Below, piece by piece: positions 1 through 11,822 of a DNA stretch of 64,000 nt. The translations under genes were made by a program, and so were the position numbers. The stretch comes from an uncultured Chloroflexia bacterium (GTDB lineage: Bacteria > Chloroflexota > Anaerolineae > Anaerolineales > Villigracilaceae). Below the pieces are notes generated by a model that was not told the DNA's origin, searched no databases, and was given only the letters and a program-made list of their open reading frames with translations. Location: assembly GCA_963823545.1 (NCBI GenBank), contig CAWGMC010000027.1, positions 32,738 to 96,737 on the forward strand, given 5' to 3'. Each line of letters opens with the position of its first letter. The stretch's first letter is position 1.

Positions 1-293
1 CATGACTTCGCGATGCGGGGAGACACCCTCCTCGCAATGACAGGTGGTAACAGGAGATTGCTTCGTCAGGCGGAAGAGCACCGCCTTCCTCGCAACACTT
101 GCACCTGCGTGCAGGCGGGTGACATCGCTGCGCAGTGATAGGTCGGTGAACAGGCGAAGATTGCTTCGTCAGGCGGGAGAGCACCGCCTTCCTCGCAATG
201 ACACCGGGGTCGGGGAGAGCGCCCTCCTCGCAACACTTGCACCTGCGTGCAAGTGCAGGTGTGACACGCGGGGCGGGGGGACCCCGCCCCTAC
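1..293. repeat. Cluster of REP-like palindromic elements downstream of uvrA
   Basis: The unit GATTGCTTCGTCAGGCGG-RAGAGCACCGCC-TTCCTCGCAA(..)TGACA occurs at about 56-124 and 159-203, with partial units ending at 42 and 266. A GTAG-type hairpin GGGGCGGGG..CCCCGCCCCTAC lies at 270-293. Confidence 0.8.
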
Positions 294-311
294 GCATGAT
301 GACAATGATCG

Positions 312-3176
312 TTATTTCATGTGGGACTTGAGGAATTGACCGGTGTAGGAGGCTTTCACCTTCAGGACCTGTTCCGGGGTGCCCTCGGCGATGAGTTCGC
401 CGCCGCGGTCGCCGCCCTCGGGACCGAGGTCGATGATCCAGTCGGCGATCTTGATGATGTCGAGGTTGTGCTCGATGATCAGGACCGAGTTGCCCGCATC
501 GACCAGGCGCTGGAGCACCTCGATGAGCTTGTGCACATCCGCGGCATGCAGACCGACGGAGGGTTCATCGAGAACGTAGAGGGTGCGCCCGGTGGCGCGG
601 CGGGCGAGTTCCTTGGCAAGCTTGACGCGCTGGGCTTCGCCGCCCGAGAGGGTGTTGCCGGGTTGACCGACGCGCACGTAGCCCAGCCCGACCTCCTGCA
701 ACAGCTTCAAGCGGTTCATCATGTGCGGGAAGGCGCCGAAGACACCCAGCGCATGGTCCACCGTCATCGCCATGACATCCGCGATGGAGTTGTCCTTGAA
801 ATGCACCTGGAGGGTCTCGCGGTTGAAGCGCTTGCCGTGACAGACGTCGCAGGGAACATACACATCCGGCAGGAACTGCATCTCGATGCGCAGTTCGCCC
901 TGTCCCTGGCAGGCTTCGCAGCGCCCGCCGTGGACATTAAAGGAGAAGCGCCCGGGCTTGTAGCCGCGCACCTTGCTTTCGGGGAGTTCCGAGTAAAGTT
1001 TGCGAATCTCATCCCACAGCCCGGTGTAGGTGGCGGGGTTGGAGCGCGGCGTACGCCCGATGGGCGACTGATCGATGTTGATGATCTTGTCGAGGAGCTC
1101 AATCCCTTCGATGCGCTCGTGTTCGCCGGGCATGGTGCGGGCGCCCATCAGTTTCTCCGCCAGCGCTTCATATAGAACATCGTTCATCAGCGTGGACTTG
1201 CCGGAGCCGCTGACGCCCGTGATGCAGACCAGTTTCCCGAGCGGGAGGGTGACGTCGATGCCCTTGAGATTGTTGGCGCGGGCGCCGACGATGTTCAGGT
1301 GTTTGCCGTTGCCGGTGCGGCGCTTCTTCGGCACGTCGATCTTTTTGCGCCCCGAAAGGTAGGCGCCGGTCAGGGATTTGGGGTGCGCGAGAATCTGTTT
1401 GGGGGTGCCCTCGGCGACGACCTGACCGCCGTGCTCACCCGCGGCAGGACCGAGGTCGACGATCCAGTCGGCGGTCATGATCGTTTCAAAATCATGTTCC
1501 ACGATCAGGACAGTATTGCCGAGGTCGCGCAGACCCTTGAGGGTATCCAGCAGGCGCGCGTTGTCGCGGGCATGCAGACCGATGGAGGGTTCGTCCAGAA
1601 CGTAGAGGACACCCACCAGCCGCGAGCCCACCTGGGTGGCGAGGCGGATGCGCTGGGCTTCGCCGCCCGAAAGCGTGGCGGAGGAGCGGTTGAGGGTCAG
1701 GTAGTCGAGACCCACGTTGACGAGGAAATTGAGCCGTTCGACGATCTCCTTCATGATGCGCTCGGAGATGGCTTTCTGGCGGGAGGTCAATTTTTTCGAT
1801 AGTTTCTGCGCCCATTCCAGCGTGCGGTTGACAGGCCAGCCGGTGACATCGATGATGTTGGCCTCGTTCACGGTGACGGCGATGGCCTCGGGGCGCAGGC
1901 GTTTGCCGCCGCAGGTGGGGCAGGGCTTGTTCGACATGTACTCGCTGATCTTGGCGCGGATCCATTCGGATTGCGTATCGCGATAGCGGCGCTCGAGGTT
2001 GGTGATGACGCCCTCGAAGGCACGCGAGAACTTGAACTCGTTGCCCCTCTGGTTGTTGTACACCATCTGGACTTCTTTGCCCTGCGTGCCATACAGGATG
2101 ATGTTCAACTGTTCGGGGGTCAGGTCCTTGACGGGCTTGTTGAGGTCGATGTGGTAGGCGCGGGCGGCGCCCTCCAGGCTCTGCCAGTAATAACCGCCCT
2201 CCTCCTTGGGACCGCTCCACTCGAGGCTGACGATGGCGCCATCGATGAGCGAGCGTTCGCGGTCGGGGAGGATGCGGTCGGGGTCGATCTCGAGACGGGT
2301 GCCAAGCCCCTGGCAGTCCGGGCAGGCGCCGTGGGGCGTATTAAAGGAAAAGGTGCGCGGCTCGATCTCGGGCAGGGAGATGCCGTGTTCGGGGCAGGCG
2401 AGATGCTCGGAGAAGGCAAGGTCCTCCTTCTTATCGACCAGGTTGACCGTCACGTAGCCATCGCCGAACTTGAGGGCGGTCTCGATGGAGTCGGTCAGGC
2501 GGGTGCGGTTGGATTTTTTATCCTCCGCATCCTTTGGCTGGGCGATGACCAGGCGGTCGACGACCGCCTCGATGGTGTGGATCTTGTAGCGGTCGAGGTT
2601 GATCTCATCGTCGAGGGAATGGACATCGCCATCCACACGGGCGCGCACGAAACCCGCCTTGCGGATCTCCTCGAAGACCGCCTGGTAGGTGCCCTTGCGC
2701 CCGCGCACGACCGGCGACAGGAGCAGGATGCGGGTGCCCTCGGGCAGCGCCTCGACGGCGTCGACGATCTCCTGGGCGGACTGCTTGACCACCTCGCGCC
2801 CGCAGACCGGGCAGTGGGGGATGCCGATGCGGGCATAGAGCAGGCGCAGGTAATCGTAGATCTCGGTGACGGTGCCGACCGTGGAGCGCGGGTTGTGGCT
2901 GGTGGACTTCTGGTCGATGGAGACGGCAGGGGAAAGCCCGTCGATGTAATCCACATCCGGCTTGTCCATCTGCCCGATGAACTGGCGGGCGTAGGCGGAA
3001 AGCAATTCCACGTAGCGGCGCTGTCCCTCGGCGAAGATGGTGTCGAAGGCGAGCGAGGATTTGCCCGAACCGGAGAGACCCGTGATGACCACGAGCTTGT
3101 CGCGGGGGATCTCCACGGTGATATTCTTCAGGTTGTGGACGCGCGCGCCCACAACGCGGATGACATTGGCAGACAT
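312..3176 (-). CDS. uvrA: Excinuclease ABC subunit A
   Basis: 954 aa with two Walker A motifs ([18 protein letters not shown]), LSGGEAQR signatures and CxxC zinc fingers. Confidence 0.98.
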   Translation of the reverse strand: MSANVIRVVGARVHNLKNITVEIPRDKLVVITGLSGSGKSSLAFDTIFAEGQRRYVELLSAYARQFIGQMDKPDVDYIDGLSPAVSIDQKSTSHNPRSTVGTVTEIYDYLRLLYARIGIPHCPVCGREVVKQSAQEIVDAVEALPEGTRILLLSPVVRGRKGTYQAVFEEIRKAGFVRARVDGDVHSLDDEINLDRYKIHTIEAVVDRLVIAQPKDAEDKKSNRTRLTDSIETALKFGDGYVTVNLVDKKEDLAFSEHLACPEHGISLPEIEPRTFSFNTPHGACPDCQGLGTRLEIDPDRILPDRERSLIDGAIVSLEWSGPKEEGGYYWQSLEGAARAYHIDLNKPVKDLTPEQLNIILYGTQGKEVQMVYNNQRGNEFKFSRAFEGVITNLERRYRDTQSEWIRAKISEYMSNKPCPTCGGKRLRPEAIAVTVNEANIIDVTGWPVNRTLEWAQKLSKKLTSRQKAISERIMKEIVERLNFLVNVGLDYLTLNRSSATLSGGEAQRIRLATQVGSRLVGVLYVLDEPSIGLHARDNARLLDTLKGLRDLGNTVLIVEHDFETIMTADWIVDLGPAAGEHGGQVVAEGTPKQILAHPKSLTGAYLSGRKKIDVPKKRRTGNGKHLNIVGARANNLKGIDVTLPLGKLVCITGVSGSGKSTLMNDVLYEALAEKLMGARTMPGEHERIEGIELLDKIINIDQSPIGRTPRSNPATYTGLWDEIRKLYSELPESKVRGYKPGRFSFNVHGGRCEACQGQGELRIEMQFLPDVYVPCDVCHGKRFNRETLQVHFKDNSIADVMAMTVDHALGVFGAFPHMMNRLKLLQEVGLGYVRVGQPGNTLSGGEAQRVKLAKELARRATGRTLYVLDEPSVGLHAADVHKLIEVLQRLVDAGNSVLIIEHNLDIIKIADWIIDLGPEGGDRGGELIAEGTPEQVLKVKASYTGQFLKSHMK

Positions 3177-3199
3177 GGGACTCCTTATGGGACGTCTCG

Positions 3200-3227
3200 A
3201 TTATAGCACAAATGTTTCAAAAATCAA
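3200..3227 (-). promoter_or_regulatory. Sigma70-type promoter of uvrA, with a possible degenerate LexA box
   Basis: Minus strand reads TTGATT-N16-TATAAT with a TG extension. The overlapping AAAC-ATTT-GTGC has 2 mismatches to GAAC-N4-GTTC. Confidence 0.45.
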
Positions 3228-3320
3228 TGTACTTTTTAGCGCAATCCTGTATTATACCAACCACTTCAGTCCGATTTCGGGTTATACTGATGCAACTTCT
3301 TAAATCCGGCGGGGTTATGT

Positions 3321-3920
3321 TTGTTAACCCCGCCGGTGGGATTATGGAATTTGCCGGATCTGGAATACAGGGAAGATGTGATACTGGTGCGTGCCTCCCA
3401 GGGCGACAAGGATGCCTTTGGTGAGCTGTACGAGCATTACGCCGAGCGCATCTTCAACTATATCTACTACCGGACGGGGAATGTGCACGACGCGGAGGAC
3501 CTGACGGCGCGGGTCTTCCAGCGGGCGATGAACCACATCCGCAAGTACACCGACCGGGGCATCCCGTTCTCGGCATGGTTGTACCGCATCGCCCACAACC
3601 TGATCGCCAACTGGCACCGCGACCGGGGGCGCAAGCAGGAGATCCCGATCGACGACCTGCCCGTGCTGCCCGCCCGGGGCGATCACCCGGAGGCGACCGT
3701 CGTGCGCACCGAGGACCAGGATGCACTCCTGCGACTGATCCGCCGCCTGCCAGCGGAACGGCAGACCCTGCTGATCCTCAAGTTCGTCGACGACCTGTCC
3801 AATGCGGAGGTCGGGCAGATCATGGGGCGCAGCGAGGGTGCGATCAAGAGCCTGTACCACCGCACCCTGCTGGCACTGCGTGATGAGATTGGCAGCCAAA
3901 CCCTATTTACTGGAGATTGA
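3321..3920 (+). CDS. ECF sigma-70 factor (start codon uncertain)
   Basis: Region 2 motifs DAEDLTARVF and FSAWLYRIAHN; region 4 motif EVGQIMGRSEGAIKSLYHR. Confidence 0.92.
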   Translation: MLTPPVGLWNLPDLEYREDVILVRASQGDKDAFGELYEHYAERIFNYIYYRTGNVHDAEDLTARVFQRAMNHIRKYTDRGIPFSAWLYRIAHNLIANWHRDRGRKQEIPIDDLPVLPARGDHPEATVVRTEDQDALLRLIRRLPAERQTLLILKFVDDLSNAEVGQIMGRSEGAIKSLYHRTLLALRDEIGSQTLFTGD

Positions 3921-3923
3921 GAC

Positions 3924-4766
3924 ATGTTAAGAATTGCAACCGATGGCGCAGCAGACATCCCCGCCGGATGGGAAAAGGAATACGACCTGAAGGTCATTCC
4001 CATCAACATCCATTTTGGAGAGAAGACCTTCATCCAGAACGTGGACATGGACACGGAAGGGTTCTACCGGGAAGTGGAACACAACAAGACCTTCCCGAAG
4101 ACCTCCCAGCCCTCCCCGCACCAGTTCGTGGAATTTTACAGGAACAACTTCGAGAAGGGCGACACCATCCTATCCATCCACGTCACCAGCAAGCTATCCG
4201 GCACGTATGCCTCCTGCGTGGCGGCAGCCAAGGAACTGAAGGGCGAGTACAACGTCATCCCCTTCGATTCGCAGGGCGGATCGATGGGCATCGCCTTCCT
4301 GTGCCGGACCGCCCGCAAGATGGAACGCGCAGGGAAGAGCGTGGACGAGATCGTCAAGGCATTGGAAGCACTGCGCGGGCAGGTGTCGATCATACTCACG
4401 CTGGATACGCTGGAATTCGCCAAGCGCAGCGGGCGCGTTGGAGCCCTGTCCGCGGCGCTGGCATCCGTGCTGAACGTCAAGCCGATCGCCCGCCTGCAGG
4501 ACGGGGTGGTGCACATGGTGGAGAAGGTGCGCACCCGCAAGGCATCGCTGGAGCGCGTGGTCGAAATGGGCAAGGAAGCCTTTGGCAACCGCCCGGTCTC
4601 GATCGGCGTGATGCATGCCCGTGACGTGGAATCGGGAAATGCCCTGATGATGGAAGCCAAAAAACACCTCAATGTAAAGGATGCAGAGATGACCGATCTC
4701 GCCATCTCCCTGGCTGTGAACTTTGGTCCGGGGACGGTGGGGTTGATCCTGTATCCCGCGGAGTAG
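3924..4766 (+). CDS. DegV/FakB family fatty-acid-binding protein
   Basis: PKTSQPS, SKLSGTY and RSGRVG motifs; C-terminal GPGTVG. Confidence 0.93.
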   Translation: MLRIATDGAADIPAGWEKEYDLKVIPINIHFGEKTFIQNVDMDTEGFYREVEHNKTFPKTSQPSPHQFVEFYRNNFEKGDTILSIHVTSKLSGTYASCVAAAKELKGEYNVIPFDSQGGSMGIAFLCRTARKMERAGKSVDEIVKALEALRGQVSIILTLDTLEFAKRSGRVGALSAALASVLNVKPIARLQDGVVHMVEKVRTRKASLERVVEMGKEAFGNRPVSIGVMHARDVESGNALMMEAKKHLNVKDAEMTDLAISLAVNFGPGTVGLILYPAE

Positions 4767-4807
4767 TAACAGACGCATGCCTCGCAGCCGAACAACACAC
4801 CCCTCCA

Positions 4808-5046
4808 TGACGAATTTCGACGACCTGGAAGCGCACCTGGCTGGCACCTTGAGACCGGTGACGCCGCCGGGGGATTTCGTCCAACGCCTGCGCTCCCGGG
4901 TGCACATGCCGGACCCGCGCCTGATCGCGGAACGGATCGCGTCATGGCGCTCGCTGGTCATTGCCGTCGGCGGGACGATGTCGATCATCCTGCTGATCGT
5001 GACCGTGGCGCGGGCGCTGTTCCACCTGGTTGCGAGGAAGAGCTAG
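4808..5046 (+). CDS. Small membrane protein, possibly an anti-sigma factor
   Basis: LEAHLAGTLRPVTPPGDFVQRLR followed by one hydrophobic C-terminal helix; co-oriented with the ECF sigma gene. Confidence 0.6.
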
Positions 5047-5066
5047 GGGTTTGACGAGTCGGCGAG

Positions 5067-5126
5067 GAGATTGCTTCCTTGCAGGATGCTGCGCAATCGT
5101 CGGGAATCACCCTCCTCGCAATGACA
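5067..5126. repeat. REP-like element of the same family as 1-266
   Basis: GAGATTGCTTC (5067-5077) and CTCCTCGCAATGACA (5112-5126). Confidence 0.75.
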
Positions 5127-5136
5127 GGCGAAAATG

Positions 5137-5170
5137 AACAGGGATGGCAAAAGAGCCATCCCTGTTTTTT
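5137..5170 (+). terminator. Intrinsic terminator
   Basis: AACAGGGATGGC-AAAAGA-GCCATCCCTGTT followed by a T run. Confidence 0.75.
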
Positions 5171-5205
5171 GTTGTGGGTATAATGCCTGTGAGGAAACAG
5201 CAGCC

Positions 5206-6641
5206 ATGAAAAGAACATCCAGCCTGCCCGGTCTGTTAATCATTTTGGTCCTGCTGCTGAGCGCATGCGGAAAATCCGGATCAGCGGTGAGCACGGTCGG
5301 GACGGGGGAAGCGCCTGGCAGTCCCGGCGCAACCGCAACACCGACCCCGGGAACCGACCTTTCCAGCCTGAGCTATACACAGGCGTTCGATGAAATGTTC
5401 GCGGTCATCCGCCGGGATTATGCCTTCAACGGGGTGGCGGGCAAGGAACCGGATTGGGAGGCGCTGTACGCGGAGATCCGCCCGCGCGTTGAGCATGGCG
5501 GAGCAGGCTGGCGATGCGCAGGCGTACTTCCTTGCATTGCGCGAGTCTCACGCTGGCGTTCAGGGACGGGCATGTGAACCTGGGCGGGGGAGACATGCAG
5601 GTGGCACTGTTCCAGGCTGCCATCCAGGGAGGGTATGGATTCGCGATCCGGGAATTGGACGATGGGCGCGTATTGGTCACCTACGTGACGCCGGGGGGTC
5701 CTGCCGCGCAGGCAGGCATGCAGGTGGGTGCGCAGGTGCTGGAGTTCAACGACCAACCGGTCTCAACAGCGATCGAGGCGGTTTCCATCTGGGGCGCGCC
5801 GCCCTCCACGGAAAGCCTGATGCGCCTGCAGAGATCCCGTTACCTGCTGCGCGCGCCGCTCGGTTCGCAGGCGAGAGTCACTTATGCAAACCCGGGGAGT
5901 GAAGCCGGGACGGTGACGTTGACGAATATCGAGGAAAATGAATCCTTTGCGGTCAGCTCGGTCTTTTTGAACTACAACGCGCAGGCACTGCCGGTGGAAT
6001 CCAAGATACTGCCCTCGGGCGTCGGGTATATCAAGGTGAGTTCCACATCGGATGACCGGGAGAAAATCCAAAGCCTGTTCGAGAGCGCACTCGAAGATTT
6101 TCGAACAGCAGGGGTCACCGGTTTGATCATCGACCTGCGCGTAGTCGTGAACCTGACCACGGAACCGGACCTTCCTTTAATCGGGCTGGCGGGATACTTC
6201 ACCGACCGGGAGATCCCGCTCGGGCAGTTCCAATATTTCAATGGGACAACGGGGAAATTCGAAGCGCGGGGCGAACTGCAAGCGGTCCAGCCGCGGTCAA
6301 GCCGATATCAATTTTCCAAAGTCGTGGTGCTGATCGGTCACGGCTGTTCAAATGCCTGTGAACTGGAAGCTTATGCGCTGGCACAGATCCCCGGCGTGAT
6401 CATCGCCGGGCAGACCCCCTCGGCGGGCGTGCTTTCGGATGTGACCGGCGGGCAGTTCCTGCTGCCCGAAGGATTCTCACTGCAGGTTCCCACCGGGCGG
6501 TTCGTTTCCCCGGATGGGGAGATCCTGCTGGAGGGGCAGGGCGTGCCGCTGACGGTGCGCGTTCCCATTGACGAAACGACCGTGCTTTCCACGGATGACC
6601 TGGTATTGACTGCCGCCGAGGCGATGGCGGCAGGGCAATAA
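5206..6641 (+). CDS. S41-family peptidase-like lipoprotein with a PDZ domain (frameshift near 5495)
   Basis: Lipobox LLLSAC; PDZ-like GPAAQAGMQVG; S41-like GYIKV, LIIDLR and LEGQGVP; split over ORFs 5134-5577 and 5514-6641. Confidence 0.8.
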
Positions 6642-8358
6642 TTATTTCAATCCCACCACTTCGAATACTTCCAACGGCTTGGCTTTGCCCTTGACCGTCA
6701 TGGGCGCGACCGGATTTACCTCGACCTGCTTCTTGACGCGCTCGTATGCGTCGCGGCTGAGCAGGATCTGGTTGCGGGCTGAATTCTCCTGGATGCGCTT
6801 GGCGGTGTTGACGCTGTCGCTGATGGCGGTGTATTCCAGACGCTTCTCCGTGCCGATCAAGCCGAGCACCGCCTCGCCGTAATGGATGCCGGCGCCGAAA
6901 GCCAGCTGTTCCTCGGGAGGCAGTTCCTTGTAAAGATTTTCGACGGAGGCGCGGATGGCAAGGGCGGCTTTGACCGCGCGCAGGGTATGGTCGGGCTGGG
7001 GGATGGGGGCGTTGAACCATGCCATGATGGCATCGCCCATGAACTTGTCGATCGTCCCCTCCTGTGCAAGCACGGCTTCCGCCATGGCTGCCAGGTAACG
7101 GTTCAGGATGGCGACCAGTTTTTCAGGAGATTTCTGTTTCTCGCTGAAGGTGGTGAAGCCGCGGATGTCGGCGAAGATGGTGGTGATATCGACGCGCTTG
7201 CCGCCCAGGCGGAGCTTGTCCGGGTCGAGCTGGTTGATGACGGCGGGGGAGACCATGCGCTCGAAGAGCCTGCGCTGGGCTTCCAGGCGCTTGCGCTCGG
7301 TCAGGTCATCCAGCACGATGGCGATGCCCTGGGTCTTGCTGGCTTCATCTTTAAGCGGGGACAGGTTGAAATGCCAGTCCACGGAACCGCGCGACGGCAG
7401 GGTGGGGCTGAACTCCAGGTCCACCACCGCCTTGTCGGTCTCGCGGACGGAGATCAGGTGCGGGTGGATGCCCTCCGAGACCGGAGCGAGCACATCCTCC
7501 AGACGCTGACCGAGGATGTCCTGCGCAGCCCGCCCCAGAATCTGCACGGCGGCCCGGTTGGCAAGCGTCACCTGGTCCTGCACATCCGTGGTGATGACGC
7601 CGCTGGTGATGGAGGCGAAGACGTTCTCCATCAGGTTCTTCAGCGCGGTCACTTCCGCCAGGGAGCGTTTGAGCGAGGAGAAGAGGCGGGCGTTCTCGAT
7701 GGCAACGGCAGCCTGGTTGGCGAATGCGGACAGCAGGTCGCGTTCCGTCTCGGTGAAGATGCCCGAACGGATGCGGTTGTCGGCATAGATGACACCGATC
7801 AGGTCGTTCTTGACCTTGAGCGGGACGCACAGGATGGAGCGCAGGTTGAAGGCGATGATGCTTTCCTGCCCGCTCAGGCGCGGGTCCTGCTGGGCATTGG
7901 TGGTGAGGATGGCTTCGCCCGAGTTCGACCACCTTCTGGACGACGGTGCGGCTGACGGCTGATTCGGATGAATTGATGGAGGTCTTTTCCCAGTTGCGGG
8001 CAACGTGCGCGACCAGTTTGCCGGTCTCATCCTTGAGCATGAGGAAGCCGCGCTCGGCACGCGAAAGCCCGACGATGTTATCCATCACGATGCGCAGGAC
8101 CTCATCCAGTTCCAGGGTGGAGTTGATCACCTTGCCGATCTCGGTCAATGCCAGGGTGTTGCGGAACTGCGATTCGGTGTTGGCGATCAACCTGGTCAGG
8201 CGGTCGAGTTCGCTGTCAACCTGGTTGAGTCCCTCCAGGGTGCCGCCCGGGAATTTGATGCCTGCGGCTTGCAACGCGCCGGTCGTTTTCTGGACGACCT
8301 GGCGCAGGGAGGTGAGCTGCTCTGCAAGGGCGGCTGGTCGGGTTTTATCGAAGGTCAT
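6642..8358 (-). CDS. GAF-PAS class III adenylate/guanylate cyclase (frameshift near 7920)
   Basis: FADIRGFT, IDKFMGDAIMA and DSVNTAKRIQ; GAF motif SILCVPL; split over two ORFs. Confidence 0.9.
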
Positions 8359-8405
8359 GAGAGGTGCCTCGGTTCCCAAAGGCTGTCTTCAAAGAGGTGT
8401 TTGAA

Positions 8406-10737
8406 CTATTCTATCATCCCAGGCGGTCGAGGAATCGTGCGCAGTCCCAACCAGAACAGATGGCGGCTGGCGCGGCGCGCCAGGGAGAGATCACCGCCCC
8501 GGGGTGAATACTGGGAGGCGTGATATTCCTTTAATAATGAGTTCGATCTCTTCCGCCTGACCGGGCATCAGTTCCTTCAATGCCCTGGCGCGCTCGGCGG
8601 GCGTAAAGTGAGACTCGGGCGGCTGTCCCTGCCAGCGCAGGTTCAGGTTGATGGCATGGAAGGCGCGCTCGAACGGATCGGCGAGGATGAAGAGAGCCGC
8701 ATTCCGAATCCAGGCGGGACCCTTGTCACCGCGCCGTTCGGAGACAGCCAGGACATATTCCGCGGCGCGGGTTGCCAGGGCAAACTGCCTGTTCAGCGCC
8801 TGGAAGAAAAATGCAAGCAACAGGAGGACGGCAGCCCAGAGGACCAGGCTCAACCAGGGAGTCGGTGTAACGGCGGCAGGCGTTCCCGTTTCCACGGGCA
8901 GGCGTGACCGGGGGAATCTGCGCGGGTTCCTCTCCGGGCGCTTCGGGGAGGACGGCAGGTTGAAGCCCGGATTGCGGCGAGGCCGGACGGATGAGTGGAG
9001 CCTCGCTGCTGGTCGGTTCAAATTCCACCCAGCCGATGCCGGGGAAATAGACCTCGGGCCAGGCGTGCATGTTTTTTCTGTAAATGTTATAGACCCGCTC
9101 GGTGGCCTCGGTCTCGCCGGGTCTTTGCATGCGTTCCATCGCTTCGCCCTGTGCGAAGCCCATTGCCATGCGGGCGGGAATCCCGAGGGAACGGAGCATG
9201 AGAACCTCGGCGGTGGCGTAATAGTTGCAATAGCCCTGTTTGCCCTCGAACAGGAACCATTCGATCAGATCGGTGCCTTTGGACGGCAGGGTCAGCTTGG
9301 AGCTGTACGTGATCTGGGCGCGCAGGACGGTGGTGACGGTCTGGACCTTTTCATACGGGTTGGTCAACCCGAAGGTGATCTGCGAAGCGAAGTTGCGCAC
9401 GCGCGGGGAGAAATTTTCGGGCAACTGCAGGTAGCGCTGCACCCACTCCGGGTATTCCCCGCCGGCTTCCCGCAGTTCCTGGATGGAGGGATTCAGCATG
9501 GCTGCGCGCACGCGGAAGGTCTCGCCGGGTTCGAGGAACGGGAAGGTCTGGAGATAGAGCACATCCCGGGTGCCATCCGGCAACGGGAATGAGGTCACAT
9601 CCGCGGGGCGGCTGATCCACAAAGGCTGGACAGGCAGGCTCAACATCGCCTGGTCCTCCGTGAAGGAGGTGATGGTGAATTCGTATTCCGTGCGATTCTC
9701 AGGATCCGGGATGGACAAGGATCTCCCCGGTCGGGGAGAATTCCAGGGTGGTGGCGGGGGAGCTTGTCCAGGCGCCGTTCTCATATTGGTCATAGACGCG
9801 GGCGCGCCAGTAGAGGCGCGGCAGTTCCGTAGCCTCGGGGGGCACGCTGATCTTGAACATGGTGGCATCGCCGGTTGCGGCGCGGCTGCCCAGACCCATG
9901 GAACTGCGGAAGGTCTCCACGCGTTCCGCGGCGCCTTCCCCCTCGAGTGCATCAAAGGCGCGTCCAAGACGGTCGCGGGTGGCGCGCCAGGGACGGGTGA
10001 CCTCCAGCCATTTCTCCTCCAGCGCGGGCGCGCCGGTCAGGTTGAGCGGCAGGTTCCACGCCAGCAAGATCAAGAAGGCGGCACTCACCAGCGCGCCCAC
10101 GCTCAGGTCAGGACCGGCCTCAGGTGCGACCTGGATGCCGCGCTCCGCCCAACCCTTCCGGTCGCGCAGATATTTGCTGCGCCCTATGAGGGTCAAGGCG
10201 ACGAAGAGGTACAGGGCGATCAGCCAGATGCGCCCCGGTCCAGCCCGGTCGTACAGGTGGATGACGAGCATCACCAGCCCGGCGGGCAGGATGGCTGTCA
10301 ATGTGCGGTTGTAGCGCGCCAGCTGATAACCCGGCACGAGCGCGACGAACCAGTAAAGAATGCCCATCAAGGCGATGAAGAACAAGTGGATCCTTGACAG
10401 GTTTGTCGGCAAAGAACAGGGAGATGGAAGTCAGCAGCCTGCCGCCAACACTTGCCAGCCGTTCCCCCAGGTAAATATCGTTGTCGTAGAACGCGATCAA
10501 TTGGTTCGGGATGAAGACCAGCGTGTATCCGAGCGCCAACCAGAAGACCGCCCGTTTCCCGAAGCGGCTGGCGCCGAGCGCCAATCCCACGAGGGTCGCG
10601 ATGACCGCCAGGTTGATCACATATCCAAGATCATCCGTCCATTGGGTGATGGTCAGGCGCCAGACCGAGACCAGGATGGCAAGCATGAACAGGGCGGCGG
10701 TGGGCAGGTCCCACCAGCGGGACGGTGACTTTTCCAT
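8406..10737 (-). CDS. Membrane transglutaminase-like protein (TgpA type), several frameshifts
   Basis: GYCNYYATA, HAWPEVYFPGIGWVEFEPT and LYWRARVYD; multi-TM N-terminus; pieces 10120-10764, 9699-10412, 8726-9967 and 8491-9021; 3' end approximate. Confidence 0.85.
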
Positions 10738-10791
10738 GCTCTGAGTGTACAATGGAAGAACCATCTACGTCAAATCCAAAAGGAGCCACGC

Positions 10792-11775
10792 ATGGATATT
10801 TTCAGCTTGTTGGGAAGCACGGTCAATTCCGCCTTCCAGGGATTGGGGGACTGGCTGACCGCACCGATGGAGTTCTTTTCGTTCCTCGGCTCGGAGGATT
10901 TTTTCCTGCTCGCCCTGCCACTGGTGTACTGGTGCCTGGATTCGGCGCTGGGTTTGAAGCTGGGGGTGATGCTGCTGGCGAGCAACGGGCTGAACGGGCT
11001 GGTCAAGATGGCGATGCGCGGACCGCGACCGTACTGGGTGGATGCCGGGGTAAAAGGGCTGGCCTCCGAAACGGGATTTGGCGCTCCTTCCGGTCACTCG
11101 CAGACGGCAGCCGGGATGTGGGGCGTGGCGGCGGCTGGCATCAAGCGGGCATGGGCATGGGTCGCGGCGGTGCTGGTGATCCTTCTCATCGGGCTCTCAC
11201 GCATCTACCTGGGTGTTCATTTTCTGCATGATGTCCTGCTGGGCTGGTTCCTGGGCGGACTGACGCTCTGGGCATTTATCAAGCTCTGGGATCCCATTGC
11301 GGCAAAGCTGAAAAAGATGGGCATGGGCAGGCAGATCCTGCTCGCCTTTGCGATCTCGCTGACGATGATCCTGCTGGCTGTCTTCATTGTTTTCCTGACG
11401 CGTGATTTTGTCATCCCCGCGGATTGGATCGCGAATGCCACGCGCGACGGAGGTGAGGCTCCCAACCCGTTCTCGCTGGCGGGCATTGTCACCTCCATGG
11501 GGACCCTGTTCGGTCTGCTGGCGGGGGTGGCGTGGATCACGCCGCGCGGCGGGTACAGCGCTGCGGGTCCCGCCTGGAAGCGGGCACTGCGATACGTGGT
11601 CGGACTGGTGGGGGTGGCTGTTTTCTACCTGGGTCTGAAAATGATCTTCCCGGATGGGGAGGACCTGGTGGCTCTCATTTTCCGGTACATCCGTTACACG
11701 CTGGTCGGCGCCTGGACATCCGCGGGCGCTCCCTGGGTCTTCTCAAAAATCGGTCTTGCAGATACTCCCCGGTGA
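10792..11775 (+). CDS. PAP2-family membrane phosphatase
   Basis: KxxxxxxRP, PSGH and SRIYLGVH motifs. Confidence 0.92.
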   Translation: MDIFSLLGSTVNSAFQGLGDWLTAPMEFFSFLGSEDFFLLALPLVYWCLDSALGLKLGVMLLASNGLNGLVKMAMRGPRPYWVDAGVKGLASETGFGAPSGHSQTAAGMWGVAAAGIKRAWAWVAAVLVILLIGLSRIYLGVHFLHDVLLGWFLGGLTLWAFIKLWDPIAAKLKKMGMGRQILLAFAISLTMILLAVFIVFLTRDFVIPADWIANATRDGGEAPNPFSLAGIVTSMGTLFGLLAGVAWITPRGGYSAAGPAWKRALRYVVGLVGVAVFYLGLKMIFPDGEDLVALIFRYIRYTLVGAWTSAGAPWVFSKIGLADTPR

Positions 11776-11822
11776 GGGGAGCGGTTCTGATATAATCACC
11801 ACGCTCAGGGATTAATCATCTC

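Noticed and set aside
1-293. Repeat cluster as a CRISPR array
   Set aside because: The units are irregular in length, internally palindromic and lack uniform spacers, and there are no cas genes.
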